A stretch of 64,000 nucleotides of DNA from Nageia nagi (taxonomy: Eukaryota > Plantae > Pinophyta): the NCBI GenBank assembly GCA_050084985.1, contig JBITNC010000001.1, forward strand, positions 2,108,001-2,172,000. The letters run 5' to 3'. Of the stretch, positions 27,300-40,769 are shown one piece after another (the stretch's first letter is position 1; every line of letters starts with the position of its first letter). Both the position numbers and the translations under genes were made by a program. A model generated the notes under the pieces. It did no database searches. It was given only the letters and a program-made list of their open reading frames with translations, and had not been told where the DNA came from.

Positions 27300-28353
27300 C
27301 TTCCTTGCATCTTTTTTTGCATCCAAAAACTGTGTATTTCTTTTATATTTTTCACTAAAAATTGATGCAAATTTTGACATAATTGACTCAACAATTTTTC
27401 ATCCTTTTTTGCATCATATTTGCATCATTTTGTCAATTTTTGCATCATATTATCAATTTTTGCATCGAAATTTATATCAATTTTTGCATCATTATCAAAT
27501 TTTGCATCAATTTTTATCAATTTTTGAAGGAGATATTATAAAATTGTAGATATTTTAATTCTATGTAGTTTAAAAAAAAGGGGCTCAAAATGATATCTAG
27601 ATTAAAAGTTATGGCCTCTGTAAGGTACATTTTTATTAAAATAATCACTCATTTTTTTATCCACTTCTATGATTTGCTTTGTATCTTAGAGTTACATATT
27701 TAATAGGTCTTTAGGGAAATGACATTGGTTCATTGAACAAGTTCAAGAATGGGGTTAGTGGTTTAGCTTTTAAAAAATTGAATTTATTGTTTATATTTTT
27801 CCCAAATAATATATTAAAGATTTTGATGTTATAATCATTTCTTGTGACTTGCTTCTTTGGGCAATTTCTTATCGACCTTCAAAGGAGTTTTCTTTTCTAT
27901 AATCAGAGATTTTCTCTTGCATGTGTTTCTTCTTTGTGGGCTTCTTCTCTAAGGGTGTATTCTTTGCCATGGGTGCTATGGCTATGATCAAAACCTAAAA
28001 TCTAAGGAATTAAAATACAAAGCAAAGACGTAAGAAAATAAATTAGCTAAAGCTTTGTGAAATGTGAGGATTGTGGGGAGGGTTTATTGATATATAGTTT
28101 AGAGAGGGTATTTAGTTATTGGGTAATCACTTTTAGTAGGATGAAGGAAAAAGTAAATGTGAGTTGTTGATTGGTGGATTGATCAACAAGTTAAATGCAT
28201 TTTAATTTTTTTAGTAAAATGTGACACAAACTTTGCATCAAAAAATGTGCAAGAATTCAAAAAAAATCAATGTAAGGTGACCATTCCAATGTAATTTGCA
28301 TTGATGTAGATAGAAATATTTTTGTGATGTAAATAGGCCATTTCCTAGTAGTG
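27300..28353. mobile_element. CACTA (En/Spm) terminal fragment
   Basis: TTTCCTAGTAGTG at 28341-28353 is the reverse complement of CACTACTAGGAAA. Many TTTGCATC(A) subterminal-type repeats at 27305-27510 and ~28232. No matching second TIR or TSD found. Confidence 0.55.
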
Positions 28354-28792
28354 TTTATGAATCCTCCATTAATAATATAACTTATCCTCTATCACTAAGG
28401 TCACCATTATTGATACCTCCTTTCCATCATCATCATTGATGACCTCCTTGCCATCATCAGAAAATTATCATATTTGACAAAGCAGTATTGCCATCATCAG
28501 GGAACCATCACCATTTCCAACACCATCTTGACTTCAACCTAAGCTTCATCTTAGCATTCATGTTCCATTACCATCTCCAAAACACCTTAAGCATTTCCAT
28601 AATCCCATCATTTTTCTTGATACCATCATTAGCATTCATAAAGCTATGTTAACTTTTCTAAAGAGTCTTTCCCTTTGTTAAGGTATTATTAATGCCATAA
28701 GGATAACATCTTAGAATACAATCTCTATACCTTTATTAATGTTACTAAGATCCCCCTACTAGAGTATAATCACTTATAATTTTGTAGGTTCA

Positions 28793-29785
28793 TGTAATGT
28801 CCCCAATTTGAAAAATCTAAACATCTCCCCTCATGCTTATTCATTATGATCTCTAGTACTTAGATTAGAAGTATTTTATTATTGATTTATGTAAATTTTT
28901 CTAAGAGGCATGCACCAAGTAAAGGGCATATTAGTTATTTATTTAATAAAGAAAAAAGGGCTATTTAATGTGATAAATATTTCCTCACTAGGTTGGTCAT
29001 GAGGAAGGGACTAAATGCTCATTAAATAATTTATTATTAATCCTAGGCAAGTAGGTCAGATTTGGGGGACATATTGACAAGTTTGGAATGTTATAAAGCT
29101 AAGGTATTTGGTCATTCCAAGCATCATATTGTGCATTCGAGCTTGAATCATTTGGATCTTAGGGATTCTTCTCTACTCTACCTTCTAGGGCTTAGGGTTA
29201 CTCCCTAGCCTAGAAGTGGCTTAGCTACACTTCTACAACTTACATTCACCATTCTTACCCTTTGAGAGCTTATGTTGCACTTTAGAGACTCTTGAATACT
29301 TGTACCACCATTGTGGAGCCTTGGGAGACCTAGCGCATCACTTTGGGATACTTAGACTTGTGCACACCACCTTAGAGTCCACATTTGACATATTTAGAGT
29401 TTAGGATTTTACCTTAAGAACTTGTAATAGGATTATAACAATCCTATACTTATTATATTCATTATTATCGATATTTGGCTCTTACATTGCTCTCTAATAT
29501 GAATAAATATTGCTACATATTTCTACTATGCTTCTATCTATAATGTGCATGGGAATGTATGTGAATTGAGTACTTTTGGAGTTATATTTATATTATGTTG
29601 CATATCTGATTTGTACCCTAATTTTGGTTGAATTCACATGTTATGAGCACTTTATATCATTTTGGATCATTATCATTACATATCAATTTGAGCACATGAT
29701 TTGGATGGTTTATGATCATGTTTATTGATGCCTTAGTTTATGGAATTGAATGCTAAATTGGGTAAACCTATAAGGGTACATTACA
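28793..29785 (+). repeat. 5' LTR
   Basis: Collinear with 33931-34922, with many transitions. Confidence 0.95.
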
Positions 29786-30139
29786 ATGGTATCAAAGCTC
29801 TAAATCTTTCCAGCTTGTGAGGGTTTAGAAATGGCTATTCCATAAGAAAAGTTTAAGTCTATATCCAATTTGCTAACAAATTGGTCAACAAGGTGGATGG
29901 GCTTTATCAGCCCCATAAAAAAGTATCAAGGTTAGCCACACATGAACAAGAGGATAGAACCAAAAAAAGGTTACTTCTTTCCCATCACCATGCTAGAGTA
30001 AAAAGAAATGCAATTCCAAGTGAAATTTGGATGACTACTTCACACAATACCAAGCAAAGAGAAATGACTTTAGACAAATGATTTCTTTGAGAGTTACTTG
30101 AAATTTTTAGGGAAGAAGATTGATAAAGGAAGCAAGTAT

Positions 30140-30400
30140 TACAAGCAATTGCAAGTACCTATGTTCAATGGAAGTGACATATCCATTGAAGCATGGAAAC
30201 AAAGATTAAGAATTTATTCTCTCTCTATTCCATGAATGAGAAAGATGCAATTCAGTATGCTATGCTCCACCTTCAGAACATTGCACATGGAATGGTGGTA
30301 TAATGTCCTCACCACCTTGGCCATGGAAGCATTTCTACTTTTTAAGACTTTAGCCAAAGGATCTTGAGTGATTTCAAAAGAATAATGAAGAGATTAGAGG
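30140..30400 (+). pseudogene. Retrotransposon gag remnant
   Basis: QVPMFNGSD..EAW..EKDAIQYAMLHL..AH..WW pattern with frameshifts. Confidence 0.65.
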
Positions 30401-31189
30401 ATCAAATGAAGACATACCCTATCTCATGAGGTATGTATGATGAAATTCCAAAATGATTTCATAATGGAAGTGAGCACATTAAAGCCAACAAATCCATTTT
30501 CGATAATGATAATTTAGGAAGGTTTAGATTTGATTTTCAAACCAAACCTAAGGAAACAAGTACCCATGATAATTTCTAATGATTAAAAGAAATTACCTCT
30601 CATAAGAGTGACCACAACACTTTTGAATTTTGCAATAGGAACTTAGCATAAAGGAGGCCCAAAAGCACATATTTGAGGCAAGATATAGCCCATTGACACT
30701 CACAAAAGGTACTACAACATATTTGATTTTTAAATAGTATAATAGTTTAGTTAACTCACTTTGGGATGCATTAGAAATGAGACAACAATATGTGATAACT
30801 CCAAAAATGTATGGATGTACTATTGATTTTTATCATAACAATACACTATGTTTCATTTCTTTCCTTTGGGTTGCAATAATGAGAGGCAATATGTTGATAA
30901 AGTTGGGAGTTAGCATGCCCACATTGCTTGGTACAATTAGGGGAAATTATAGGGACACACTCCATGGCCCACTTGGGAAAAATGATGGCATGGTTAGAAA
31001 GAAAATTTGATCCTATTATACACTCAATTTCTAGACAACATCAAGGAACAATGATGATGATGTGTGTGGATCAACCCTTTCTTAGCCCATATATGACATT
31101 AATATGGATCAAATTCTCACTTAGATATTCTTCAATTTTCATACATGAATATATGACAACCATTGGAAGAAAAGATTGGAATACTAGCG

Positions 31190-31560
31190 TTTGCATGACA
31201 ATAATGGTAGAAAAGACACTAGTTTTGATAGAAGGAGGTCCTACTCATAACTTTGTGAATGAGAAGCTAGCAATCACCAAGAAAATGAAGATCAAACTAT
31301 TTCCAAGTTTTAATGTGATTATTAGAGATGGAAACATGACACCTTGCAAAGAATATGTACCCAATATGCAAGGAAACTTGAAAGAACACACTATTGAAGA
31401 TGATCTTCTTTATCTTTCCATTAGGTAACTCACATCAAATGGTCTTGGGGGTGCAATGGTTGGTATATTTGGAATACTATACCACTAACCATCAAACTTT
31501 ATAATTAAAGTTCAAGTGTGGGGGAAGTGATATCACACTCCAAGGAATCAAGGAGGACAA
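31190..31560 (+). pseudogene. Aspartic protease remnant 1
   Basis: TLVLIEGGPTHNFVNEKLA...MVLGVQWL. Confidence 0.8.
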
Positions 31561-31979
31561 AGCTCAAAATGCATTCATAAAGAGATTGGAGGCAATCACA
31601 TCAAGTATTGAGAAAGAAGAGGCCTTAAGCAAAGAACCATAAAAAGACAAAAGTCAACCATTAAGGAAACCCAAGGAACAAAGATGGGTTTTGAATAAAG
31701 AAGGCATACAAGAAGAAGGTACACATATAAATCCTCTTTCCTTGACTACTCTACACATTCTTCCAATTTCAAAAGTAAAGTTATTTTCCCACTTTACCAA
31801 AAAATGATGAAGCCTCACAAAGAACTCTCTAGGAATCCTAGAATGTCTAGCACTAGGTCCCATGTTTATGAAAAGAGATTGGCCAAAAGAGATACCCCTC
31901 ACACACCCACAAAAAGAAGGAGAAGTGATCTTAGATATCTCATTAAAATCTTGATTAAGCCTATCAAATACTCCAGTCT

Positions 31980-32340
31980 TTAATTAGAAGGGCATACCTT
32001 GGGAAAATCCATCATTACCTTAATAGTCAATGGATCCACCAATAATTTTATTGATGAATATCTCATCCTTAGAATAAACTTGTAAAGGATTGAAACCAAG
32101 AATATAGAGTTACCAATGCTAGGGGCTACCAAACTAAGTGTAATTGGATGATTAGAGACCTTGAATTGACCATTGGAAACTACACCATCATAGTCAATTT
32201 TTATGTTTACCCCATGGGTGGTTTTCCTCACACCATACTAGGAGTCCAATGGTTGTATAATTAGGGTATGTCATCCTTAATGATCAAAAATTAAGATGAA
32301 CTTCTTTGAATAAGGAGTTAAGATAATTTTTAGGGGCATC
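31980..32340 (+). pseudogene. Aspartic protease remnant 2
   Basis: LEGHTLGKSIITLIVNGSTNNFIDE...PMGGFPHTILGVQWLY. Confidence 0.75.
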
Positions 32341-33930
32341 GATGCCACACACCCTTTGGAAGCCATCAATAGATTAGGAAGCACTCCACTCAGCCATGGT
32401 ACCTCTTCAAGATGGTATAACAATATCAAAAATAGTGAATTCAATTTAGATGAGGTTCAAGGATAACTTTGGACAAGAATAGGCAACCCCAATATCCATG
32501 TTTCATGGGAAGCAACATGACTAGTTTTGGCAATAGCAGGGTTGCATCATATTGGTCTCTATCAAATTTGGACAACCTTTGATATCAAAGCATCTTTTCA
32601 ATAGCAAAAATATCAATTTTATCAATATTAAAGGACAACCTTTGATATCAAAAATCAATCCTTACATCTACATTGATTTGGACAATAGTGATCTTAGTTT
32701 GGATAGAATCCATTAGTAGCCTTGGATAACAAGAAGCATTCTTAGCTCTCAAACTACATGGAAGAGAAAATTAATTTGGTTTTATGATAGTTTAGAGAAT
32801 ATATTTTCATCCCTTGAATACATACTAAGTTTGAGATGCATAATGTTGAAAAACATTACCAAAATATTACTTCAGTACACAACAAAAAGGACAACATTAT
32901 ACCTACAAATCATATTCTTGATTGCATCATGGAAAGGGAACAAAAAATCATCTCAAAAGGGAGGGAAAACCAAGACATCATTCTTGATTTTTATGATAGT
33001 CTTATGGAAGGTAAAGAACACTTATTGAAGATTAAACTTAGTCATTTTACCCCTCTCAAAGGAGTATCATATATGGAAGCAAAAGATCCTTTGAATAATC
33101 ATGCATATCCCCTTATTGGACAACTAGACATGAGGTATATCAATCCTTTTCACATCAACATTCTTGATTCCATTTCATCCCTTGGGTTGACCATCATGAA
33201 TGGTGATATACATGCACACTTTGTACACCTTGTTTGGCAAAGTTTTCGATACAAACAAGAGAAGAAATCAATCCTTACTACTTTAGCCTATGATACTTCA
33301 AATGACAACATGTATGAACCTTGATGTTACCAAAAAGGGGATGAACTCCCCATTATTCCTCTATGACTTTGGTACAAGTAAGTACAATTCAATTTTGAAT
33401 CTATAGATTGGTTTAAAGATTGATGTGGTTAGAAATGAAGAGTTTGTGGACTCAAAAGTTAGTCCATTATTCATTGATTTGCACCTTATTTTGGTTGGGA
33501 CCAACCCTACCAAGTTTAGTACATTTGGCACAAGGGACATAGCAATAAGATCAAATGAAGAAGAGACAATTGGCAAGTAATTGGATAACATCCTAACCTC
33601 TAAAACAAGTGCCTTAATAGCTATGATTACGTACATTTATGGGGCATTAAAGCTTGGGAATATGACATTGGATTGGAGGATGAATAGGCATGCATCACCA
33701 CCAACATTTCTTACCTTTATGCTTTAGGATAACCATCATCATGCCTTCATTCTCTTAACATCATCAAAGGACTACTTCAAGGGTTGCTTAGACAAATTTT
33801 TGGCATATTTGAAGAACCTCTATGGAGTCAACTATTGCTTGATACCTTTGAAGACAAAGCAAGAAGACAAACATCATTTTGAGATGCATTTGGAATTGCT
33901 TAAGGGCAAGCAATTTGAAGAGGGTGTACT

Positions 33931-34922
33931 TGTAATATCCCCAATTTGGGACATCTAAACATCTCCCCTCATGCCTATTCATTATGTTCTCTAGCACTTA
34001 GATTAGGAGTATTTTATTATTGCTTTATTCATATTTTTGCCTAAGAGGCATGCACCCAAGTAAAGGTCATTATAGGTATTTATTTAATAAAGAAAAATGG
34101 CTATTTAATGTGGTAAATATCGCCTCACTAGGTTGTCTATGAGGCTTAATGCTCATTAAATAATTTATTATTTCTCTTAGGCAAGTTAGTCAACTTTAGG
34201 GGACATATTGATAATTTTGGAATGCTATAAAGGTAAGGTATTTGGTCATTCAAAGGCATCATCTTGTGCATTCGATCTTGGATCATTCAAAGCTTAAGGA
34301 TACTTCCCTACTCTACCTTTTAGGGCTTAGGGTTACTCCCTAGCCTAGAAGTGGCTCTACTAAACTTCTACAACTTACATTCATCATTCTTGCCCTTTGA
34401 GAGCTTACGTTGCACTTTAGAGACTCTTGGAGACTTGTGCCACTCTTATGGAGCCTTGGGAGACCTAGCACATCACTTTGGGATAATTAAGACTTGTGTG
34501 CATTACCTTGGAGTCCACATTTGACATATTTAGAGTCTAGGGTTTTTCCCTAAGAACTTGTAACAGGCTTGTAACAACCCTATACTTATTGTTGGTCATT
34601 ACTATTGATATTTAGCTCTTATATTGCTCTTGAATGTGAATAAATGTTATTACATATTTTTGCTATGCTTCTATCTAAATTGCGCATGGGAATGCATGTG
34701 AATTCAATACTTTTGGAGCAATATTTTTGTTATGTTACAAATATGATTTGTGCCCTTATTTTGGTTGAATTCACATGTTACGAGCACTTTATATCAATTT
34801 GGGTCATTGTTGTTACATATCAATTTGAGAACACGATTTGGATGGTTTATGAGCATGTTTATTGATGCTCTAGTTTGTGGAATTGAATGTTAAATTAGGT
34901 AAACCTAGAAGGGTACATTACA
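33931..34922 (+). repeat. 3' LTR
   Basis: Collinear with 28793-29785. Confidence 0.95.
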
Positions 34923-36283
34923 ATTCACCTTTATCAAAACATCGTTGCCATCCCCAAAGCATCCTTATGATTTGTAGAGCTCCTTTATCATCATCAACAT
35001 AGTTATGTTTTTATCAAGGTAATTTAATACTTATCAAGGTACCATCACCACCTCCAATACTTAAAATAGTTTCTAAAGATCCAATGACGTTAGAATGGCC
35101 CCATCATCATTGATATTGTATCATTCCTTGTCATAAGTGTTTAGGCACCCTTGACATCTCCAAGGTCGATATCCTATCATTAATGTTAAAGAACCACCAT
35201 CATCCTTAATAACAATGATAATATCCTAACTGACATCACTATTGTCATCTTCTAAGCACCATTTCTACCCCTTGAGCATCATAATCCTTTTTAATGCCAT
35301 TGTCATCACTTACACACCGACACCAATGCCCAAATTTGAGCATCATCTCAAGAGCCAAAGTACTATTGCCTACCACACTCTTATATTTGCCAAAGCTCCA
35401 TTGCCCAAGTATCCTTATTGTCAATAAGGCACCTTCATCCTCACTAAAATAGTCTCACTATTACTAGAGCACCCTAATCCTTTCAAGGTGCCACCATAGC
35501 CTCCAACACTTATTTTGTTACCAAAACTCCATTGCCATCGAAGTAACCTCATCCATTCACTATAACGTAGTCTCCATCCACAACATCTAAGCCTCGATAC
35601 CCACTTCAATATTCATATGTCATAATTGTTGCCAAAGCATCACCTCACTCCTCTACGCTATTGATAATGCTCAAACCCCAATGCTCAAATTGTATTAACT
35701 TTATTAAATTACAATTAAAAATATGAAAAAAAACAAATCAAATATTATCATTCAAATACAACATTTGGCATAAAGTTTAAAAATAAATTATATTATATTT
35801 TTTTATATACTTTCATTTGTTTTAATATTTATATTCTTCAATTTATTATTTATTTTAAATAATCAATCAAATAAAATTTAATGTCGTACATCATTCTGTT
35901 ATTTAGAGACTCGGTGATGAGTTGTTTCTCTTCTTGAGGTAATAGATGATTGGAAAATGGCTCCACAAAAATAACAAACTACGAATACAATGATATCAAA
36001 TTAGCCCAGAATCACAATGAAAAACTAACAAATACAGATGATTGTGCTCTTCTTGATATCGTTGCCGGCATTTAAAGCTTTCCTATCGTGTATTGAAATT
36101 TAAAAAATTTGAAGTTGCTATATTTAGACACTCGGATGTAAGGACCTGCTATCGATTTACATTCCGTTCAAAACGCAGATAACCGATTAAGCTCTGCAAC
36201 AATGGTGACACCATAAACATGTGAATTTCAGTAATATTTTTAAACTTCAAATTGTGGGTTCAGATTTAGTAAGGGTTTAAGCA

Positions 36284-36431
36284 ATGGCGGGAGGTCAACC
36301 TCTGCTGGCTGCCTGCGGCGGAGATACTGTCAAAATATTCGACATTTCAGTCGAAAATGGCGATCCTTGCAATTTCCAGTACTCGCCGTCGCCTGGATTT
36401 CAAGTAAATTGCCTCAAATGGAATCATACAA
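36284..36431 (+). CDS. NEDD1: NEDD1/GCP-WD (WD40 gamma-tubulin ring complex targeting factor), coding exon 1
   Basis: [49 protein letters not shown] matches the plant NEDD1 N-terminus as I recall it (LLAASGGDTVKLFD..GDPC..SPG..VN.VKWNHT). Donor A|GTAAGT, phase 1. Too short for the ORF track. Confidence 0.93.
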
Positions 36432-36689
36432 GTAAGTTCAGCTTAATTTAGCGAGTTCTGCTACTATGTTTAGAGCTTGAATAGCGGTGTATAAATATTT
36501 TGTCATCATTTTTGCCAAGTAGTAGGTTTTTCCTTATTTGCTTCTTTTTCTGGATTATTTGCTTTCGATCTCGAGCTTTTATTTATTTTTTCGTTTTAAA
36601 ATTGGAGGTATTTTAAATAATTTACGGGTTTTACTTGAGCTGTAGCTGAACAATTGTAGGAATTATTAGCATCAGTTAAAAGTGAGGTA

Positions 36690-38040
36690 TTTTGCTTGCG
36701 AATTAGGTAAAGATCGAGTTAATTTGAGTTTTTATGTTGTTTCTGAGCATGATTAGTGGTGTATCATAACTTTGATCTATCATGAGTATTTCCTTCTCAG
36801 AATATTTGGTGAAATTTGAAGTGAATGATGAGTTTTAGGTGAAATTTGATTTGAGTTAGGTTCTAATTGTAAGCATTGTATTGGATTTGAGGTATTTCGT
36901 TTGTGAATTATGTTCATTAGGTTCAGATCGAGCTAATTTCAATTAGGATTTAATTTGTAGTAGTTTTCAAGTGAACTATGTGCATTAGGTTAAGATCGAC
37001 TTAATTTGAGCTGGGATTGGTAAATCAGGTGAAATCTGAGCCAGCTTGAATTTGAATTGCTAGCATTATGTCAATCTGTGCTATTTGCATCTTGAATTTT
37101 GTATATTTGGTTACTTTTGAGATAATAAGTTGGGATTTTGTGCGTTCGGCGAAATTTGAGAAGTCTTGAACCGTAGTTGCTAGCACTAGGTTGCACATGA
37201 GCTGTTTTTAATTTGAATTATCTATATTAGGTTGGGATGCATTTCATTTGAGTTATAATCATCTGCATCGGTTCAAATTTAATTTGTGCTGTGTTTAGAT
37301 TGTTAAAATTTAAAATCATGTTAAATGTGAGATATCTTGGTTGTGAAATTTCAACATCGGGTCAAGGTTTCTTATATTTGAATTATACGCAGTAGGTTGA
37401 ACAGGAACTGAATTAAATTCAGATTAGTGTTGAGAACGAGTTAATTTGAGTTTGCATTATGTGATTGAGGTTTTGTTTGGGCTGAATAGAGTTTGAATCG
37501 TTATCATTATTTTGATATGAATCATGTGCATTAGGTAAGCGTTTTGTTAATTTATTTATGTGCATTAGGTTGAATTGAAGCTGAGTTGAATTCGGATTAC
37601 CAATAGGCTAATTTTAGGCTGTTTTTTTTCAATTTGACTTTTGTCTATTAGGTTAATAATAGTTAGTTTTTGACTCTCTTTTCCATTTGTTTTTTTGTGT
37701 ATTAGATTAATTATGGTTGTTTTTGACTAAAGTACACAATAGGAAATCTTGAGGGGATTTGAATTTGAGTTGTAATTTAGGTTATCTTTGGGCGGGTTTG
37801 AATTAGAATAATGTGCATTAAGTGGAATTTAAGCTGAATTGACTTTGGATGGTTGATATTTTGGTGAATTTGATGAATTTTGCGTGCAAACCGAGTGCAT
37901 TAGGTTGAACTGTAGATAGTGAGTTTGTTACATATGGCTTAGGTTAAAATGTAGTCAATTTGAGTTTGAATTATGTGGATTAATTTGAATTTCTGTGGAC
38001 TGAATTTTGATTGTTAGTATTATGTTGAATTTGAGCATGG
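36690..38040. repeat. Highly degenerate T/G-rich repeat tract (TGTGCATTAGGTT / AATTTGAG motifs)
   Basis: Motif variants near 36910, 36978, 37524, 37558, 37811 and 37895. Confidence 0.6.
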
Positions 38041-38097
38041 TGATGAGAGTTAATGAAAAGTAAGCTCTCCACTCTTTCCTTCTTCAACAAGTTATAG

Positions 38098-39070
38098 TGT
38101 AATGCCCCCTCTTGTGGTCCCCACTCATCCTATGCAATGTTAAAATAAAATTTGCCAAGTGGAGGTGGGACACACTTTTTGTTTTGTCATTAGGAGTAAT
38201 TTTTGTATTAAAAAAAAATAATAAAATGGCTTTGGGTTTTAACTTTTGTGCCACTTAATGGGCAATTAGAAGCCGAAAAGGGGACATTTGGCTATAAGTA
38301 GGAGGAGTGCTTCATTTGTGAGGATCTTTGTGTATTTTGATATTGTGATTTTTAGAGTGAAGGGCTGATCCCAACATCTTCAGAAGAGCCAACCATTGTA
38401 GACAAGATGATGATCCCTTTCTCTTGGTTGAGGATTCAAGGGTTGATCCCTTGAGTGTTTGAGAGTGAATCCATCCAGGGTTTACCACTTGGACATATTG
38501 AAACTTCAGCATCAAATTTGAGAGTATATGATCAGATGTGAATTTATGATCAAATCTGTTGAATTAAATATCAGATCTGAAGTTTATAAATAGATCTATC
38601 AGATCTGAAAGCATTGTGGTTAGATCTATCAGATCTGAAGGTTTTGTCAATAGATCTATGGTTGGTTGAGAGATTGAAGACATACAGACCAGTTCTGGCC
38701 TCTACAACTTGGCGTCTAACCTTAGGCAATTTTTATTGTATTTTTTGAGCATGATTTGAGCTCCTTGTGTGCCCTAGTTTGTATTGCCATTTGCGGATAA
38801 TTTTGATAAAATTTGTGTGGCTAGATCTAGTCAATTTGAGGGTTTTTTGTGTCATTCTCTGAGTTAATTTGTAGATCTGATTTTTATTTGTGAAATCTGA
38901 TTTTTTTACTGGTAAATTTGCTAAATCTTTTGGTTAGGGTTCTTCCATCTAGAAGCTCTTTTTGTGCTTGAATATTTCCTCCAAGTACTTGTTTAAGATA
39001 AGAAACATGAAAAATTGGATGAATTCATGAAGATGCTAGTAGTTCTAGTGTAGATGCCACCTGTTCAATC
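38098..39070 (+). mobile_element. Truncated LTR fragment
   Basis: Starts TGTAATGCCCC; CTATAAG near 38292; ATCAGATCTGAA repeats at 38530-38660. No ...ATTACA end found. Confidence 0.55.
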
Positions 39071-39073
39071 CTC

Positions 39074-39270
39074 TTAAACTCTTTGTATGGAATTTTGGTG
39101 CCAATTTTGGTTTTTTTTTGCTTTCAAAGATGCTTGCTTGAATGGTTGGATATTAGTAGTTTTATTTCCTTGTTCTAGATTGATAGCATGGTCGTGAGAT
39201 CTTTTTAGAGGTAATACTTGTAGTTGTTGAAAGATCTTATTATGCTCGAGGACGATTTGTTGTAGGTCAT
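39074..39270 (-). pseudogene. Chromovirus-type gypsy pol fragment (PR-RT linker)
   Basis: DLQQIVLEHNKIF..LPLKRSHDHAINLEQGNKTTNIQPF resembles LPP.R.HDH.I.L..G..PVN.RPY. Confidence 0.7.
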
Positions 39271-39276
39271 ATGTGT

Positions 39277-40769
39277 TGTGCCCACACAACACACCCCAAG
39301 ATGCAGCATTTTGGGGACCCTACTTTTTTTGGAGGCAATGGATGACATTGCCTAGAGGTGACTATACGACGGCTAAAGAAAAGAGTCAGAGCAGTCAAGT
39401 GATGAAGCAGTGCACACAAATACCCATAGAGGCACCAAGTCAGTTCAGTGCGTCCAGGGGCCATTCATGGTCCGGTTTCAAACAACATCAAGCAGGATGT
39501 AGTTTTGAATCACAGCAGTGACCAAGAAGGGAGTTTTTTACCAAGCGACCAACAAAGCATAAAAAGGCGCGTTTTCACAGCATTTGAGTGCAAGACTGGT
39601 AGAGTTGACAAAAAAGAGCATTTTTTCAAGAATTGAGCTCATAGGTACCTAGCATCAGCAAAGGCGCGTTTTTTGCAAAATTTGAGCGCAAAGTACCTGA
39701 GTAGCCAAAATGAGCATTTTTGTCACTTTTGAGTTCAGGTGCCTTGCCTTGAAAATGACAAGGATGATAAAAATGGACGTTTTTGTTAAAGTTGACCCCG
39801 AAAAGCTGGAAAAGGGCAAGTAAGGTAGAAAGATGCGTTTTGGTCACTTTTGGGCCCGGAAACGATCAATATGGTAAAAAGGTACGTTTTGCATGATTTG
39901 AGTTCGGAAAGCTCGAAAATGACCAAAAGTGACAAATTGAGCCCAGAATGTCCAGAAATGCTCAAAAATGCAAAAAGAAAAAGGTCGTTTTTTCACACCA
40001 AGGGCTTGGAAATGGGCGGAATTAAATACTTTCAGCCCAGAAATGCCGAAAATGATGGAAAATGACAACTTTGAGCTCGGAAAGGTGGAAATGGTCGTTT
40101 CTACACCGTTTGAGCTCGAAAATGATCGAAAATATAGAGTTTGAGCTCGCAGGTACCAAAAAGGGTGTTTTGGTCAAGTTTGAGCTTGGGAACGTTGGGA
40201 GTGGCCAAAAATTGCTCAGATTGAGTCCAGAATGTTCGAAAATGCAAGTTTGAGTCCAGAATGTTCGAAAATGCAAGTTTGAGTCCAGAATGTTCGAAAA
40301 TGCAAGTTTGAGTAGCCTTAGCCTTGGGCACGTTTTCCCAAGGCATTGAAAATCCAAGTGAGGGAAAAATGGTGCATGTTGCTTATATATAAATAAAATG
40401 GTATCGGAATTCAAGTCTAAGAGCGTATTCGGAGAGATAGGTGAATTCTATCACAGTTAAGACTCGAAATTTTTGATTTTGACCAAGTCTAAGGCATTCT
40501 GAGGCTAGGTGCAATTTTTCAAGCCTATGGAAATCCATAGAGATACATTTTGGCACCTAGATAGTAAAGAAAAAAGTGGAAATGCATCAAAAATGAAATC
40601 CAAATGCATGAATGAGTGGAAAATATGGTTCTAAGCCACATTAAGTCTCGAAATTTTTGGTTTTGAGCAAGTAAAGACCCCCAAAATGCTAGGCGCAAGT
40701 TTCTAGATGTTTCTAAAACCATTGAAGTGAAAAATGGCATCTAGGTTGACAAGGTAGAATCATTTTTGA
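39277..40769 (+). repeat. Left arm of long inverted repeat
   Basis: Reverse complement of 43052-44342, with substitutions and about 200 bp of extra sequence. Confidence 0.9.
40221..40313. repeat. 29-bp perfect tandem repeat x3 (TTGAGTCCAGAATGTTCGAAAATGCAAGT)
   Basis: Units at 40221, 40250 and 40279; single copy in the other arm. Confidence 0.95.

Larger units (their letters stand above)
28793..34922 (+). mobile_element. Complete non-autonomous chromovirus-type Ty3/gypsy element (gag plus two proteases, no RT/RH/INT recognised)
   Basis: Two ~993-bp LTRs with TGTAAT...ATTACA ends; PBS TGGTATCAAAGC at 29787-29798; PPT-like GAAGAGGGTG before 33931; TSD GTTCA/ATTCA. Confidence 0.92.
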
